Below, one piece after another: positions 62,330-64,000 of a stretch of DNA of 64,000 bases. The DNA comes from Raillietiella orientalis (Eukaryota): NCBI GenBank assembly GCA_036172245.1, contig JAYWIR010000028.1, positions 1,178,001 through 1,242,000 of the forward strand. Reading direction: 5' to 3'. The position numbers were made by a program, and so were the translations under genes. The stretch's first letter is position 1; each line of letters opens with the position of its first letter. The notes beneath the pieces are model-generated. The model worked only from the letters and a program-made list of their open reading frames with translations, did no database searches and was not told the DNA's origin.

Positions 62330-63130
62330 TTCGTTCTGTAAGACTTTTTTCTCCTCTCGATGCGACCGAGGGAATTTCTTTTTTCTTTTTTTTTTCATTT
62401 GAACTCACCGTGAAAGCTCTGGAAGGAGCGCTGCATCGCCACCCTTTTCGAGTTTTGCGTTCGTATGAAAAAGGCATTTCGCTCGACCAGTTGAAAAATT
62501 ACGCATGGGGTTGAAGGAAGCGTTGCGATGTTGGTCGTAGTAGGGCGGACCTCCCCCAGAGCACCCCGTTCTCTGAACGCCACGGGAGCTCTCGCCGACC
62601 CCGACTCCCTATGTTTCCGATGGTCCCGACGGATGAATCCGGAATCCCCGCTGAGCTTTCGTGAACTTCATGGACCGCTCCCGTTCCTGCACTCAGGAAA
62701 GGCTTCCGAGGTTCTCGCCTTCCGGACAAGAGATCCAGAACATTGCGGAGGCCCTGCTCCTTGAAATAGCCCATGGAGTACAGTAAAATCGAAACGCAGC
62801 AGAAGAACGGGAAGCACTTACCCTTCGGCAACGAAGCGTCCCATTTTCCCGAAGAACCTAAAAGTAATCTTGCATTTATGAGACGGTAGATCCTTTTTCT
62901 TTCCCCCCATCCGTAACCTGAGAAATCCGAGTGCATCCCTCCTCTTTGGGCTCCGGAGGTGGTAGCTCAACAGATTCGAGGCCCAGCTGGCTCTGGCCCA
63001 CGGGTGACCTCCGCCAGCCCTCCAGCGGGACTGGCAGGAGCGCTTGGCGGGCTGTGAGGATCGTCGCGCCCCCCTCCCCCAATCCCATAGGTCCGGGTAG
63101 GCTCGTTGGGAGCGGGGGCATCCTTTTCCT
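62330..63130 (+). pseudogene. Phenuivirus-like N EVE
   Basis: RSYEKGISLDQL, SPLSFRELHGPLP (cf. GPLTFRRV), LPFGNEASHF. Confidence 0.35.
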
Positions 63131-63745
63131 ATGAGGGTAATCCATTGAGCTCATAGCAGTCGTTCATTAACAGACTGTTTTGTCTTCAACACAGCAGAAA
63201 GGAACTCTTTGCGCCGAATAGTCTTTCGCTGGAACGGAACTCTTCTTATTGCAGTGCGGCACAGTGACCAAAAGAGTCAGAATTTTAGGCACGTCGTCAC
63301 AGTGCTGTAATTTCTGATCTGTTGCTTCTCTCTGTCTGCGTGTCCGTACATACGTACACGTATGCCCGAGCTGTTTCCTGATGCCGAATGACGGTGACTA
63401 AAAAGATAATGCCAAGCAAATGATTGATCATTTGGAAGGATTGCTACTGATGCTTTGCAGGAGATCGGGAGCCAAGAAGGTTCCAGAAAGGTGTTTTGTG
63501 GTACCCGTATATTTTATGCAAAAGTTAAGGGGAAAGGGGGGGGGGCTAGGGGGCAAGCCCTAAAGTTGCACATGCCACATGCATGAACACAGTCAATCGT
63601 CGTACCACCCCCAGGGCTGTGACTGCGGTGGCGGTGTTGCACCTACGGCATACTTCTTGATGCTCGTGGCAACGTTTTAGATGTTTCAGGCGTCTGCAGT
63701 TTCATTATAGATACTGTTACTCGGTAGACTGCGGCTTGATTTTGC

Positions 63746-63749
<4 letters not shown>

Positions 63750-63780
<31 letters not shown>
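63750..63780 (+). repeat. Poly(A) run of 31 nt
   Basis: Directly visible. Confidence 0.95.
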
Positions 63781-63781
<1 letters not shown>

Positions 63782-64000
63782 GCTCTAAAGGAAAAAGCGC
63801 CGAGACCCCAACTTTGGTTAATTAAGGATCGAGCGATTGTAATAACAGTAAATAGCAAAGAGTTAGTAAAGGTTTTTACAATTCCTTAAAAGCTTTGGGA
63901 TTGCACGGGGAGACACGTGGTCGGCGGGCCGATGCTGCCCGAATGGCGTCGAAGTGCAAATCGTTTCGAAAGAGGTGTTTAGAGATCACAGTTTGAAGTG

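Larger units (their letters stand above)
200..63130. other. Large array/cluster of degenerate negative-strand RNA virus nucleoprotein-derived endogenous viral elements (about 50-60 units)
   Basis: The same ordered set of phenuivirus-N-like motifs recurs every ~0.7-0.9 kb across the window, with four rhabdovirus-N-like units among them. Nearly all units are broken by frameshifts, stops or homopolymer insertions. Confidence 0.8.

Noticed and set aside
1..64000. The many short ORFs in the supplied track as real genes; CRISPR array, tRNA or rRNA
   Set aside because: Most are overlapping shadow ORFs in GC-rich or low-complexity DNA. I saw no regularly spaced identical repeats or structural RNA signatures.

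Overview
Eukaryotic, probably invertebrate, genomic DNA: it has many poly-A/T runs and CA/TA/GA microsatellites plus a pogo/Tigger-type MITE, and no host protein-coding gene that I could recognise. Reading across frameshifts and stops, almost the whole window appears to be a dense array of about 50-60 decayed nucleoprotein (N) genes of negative-strand RNA viruses (endogenous viral elements). Most units are 0.6-0.9 kb and carry, in order, degenerate phenuivirus/phlebovirus (Tenui_N) N motifs: F.YQGFD, W.KD...LALTRG.N, LTL.RV, P..M..P.F..hh.P and AA..S..hS...R. Four longer units (1.3-1.8 kb, 14.2-22.5 kb) resemble rhabdovirus N. There are three domains: a moderate-GC, mostly plus-strand left part (1-11.6 kb), a GC-rich mixed-orientation island (11.9-40.2 kb) flanked by TA/CA microsatellites, and a uniformly plus-strand right part (40.6-63 kb). 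I recognised no viral polymerase, glycoprotein or retrotransposon ORF. All assignments come from manual translation and motif comparison with RVFV, VSV and rabies N recalled from memory. Unit boundaries are approximate (about +/-100 bp) and need frameshift-aware HMM confirmation. Individual weak copies are uncertain; the repeated co-linear motif pattern is the main evidence.
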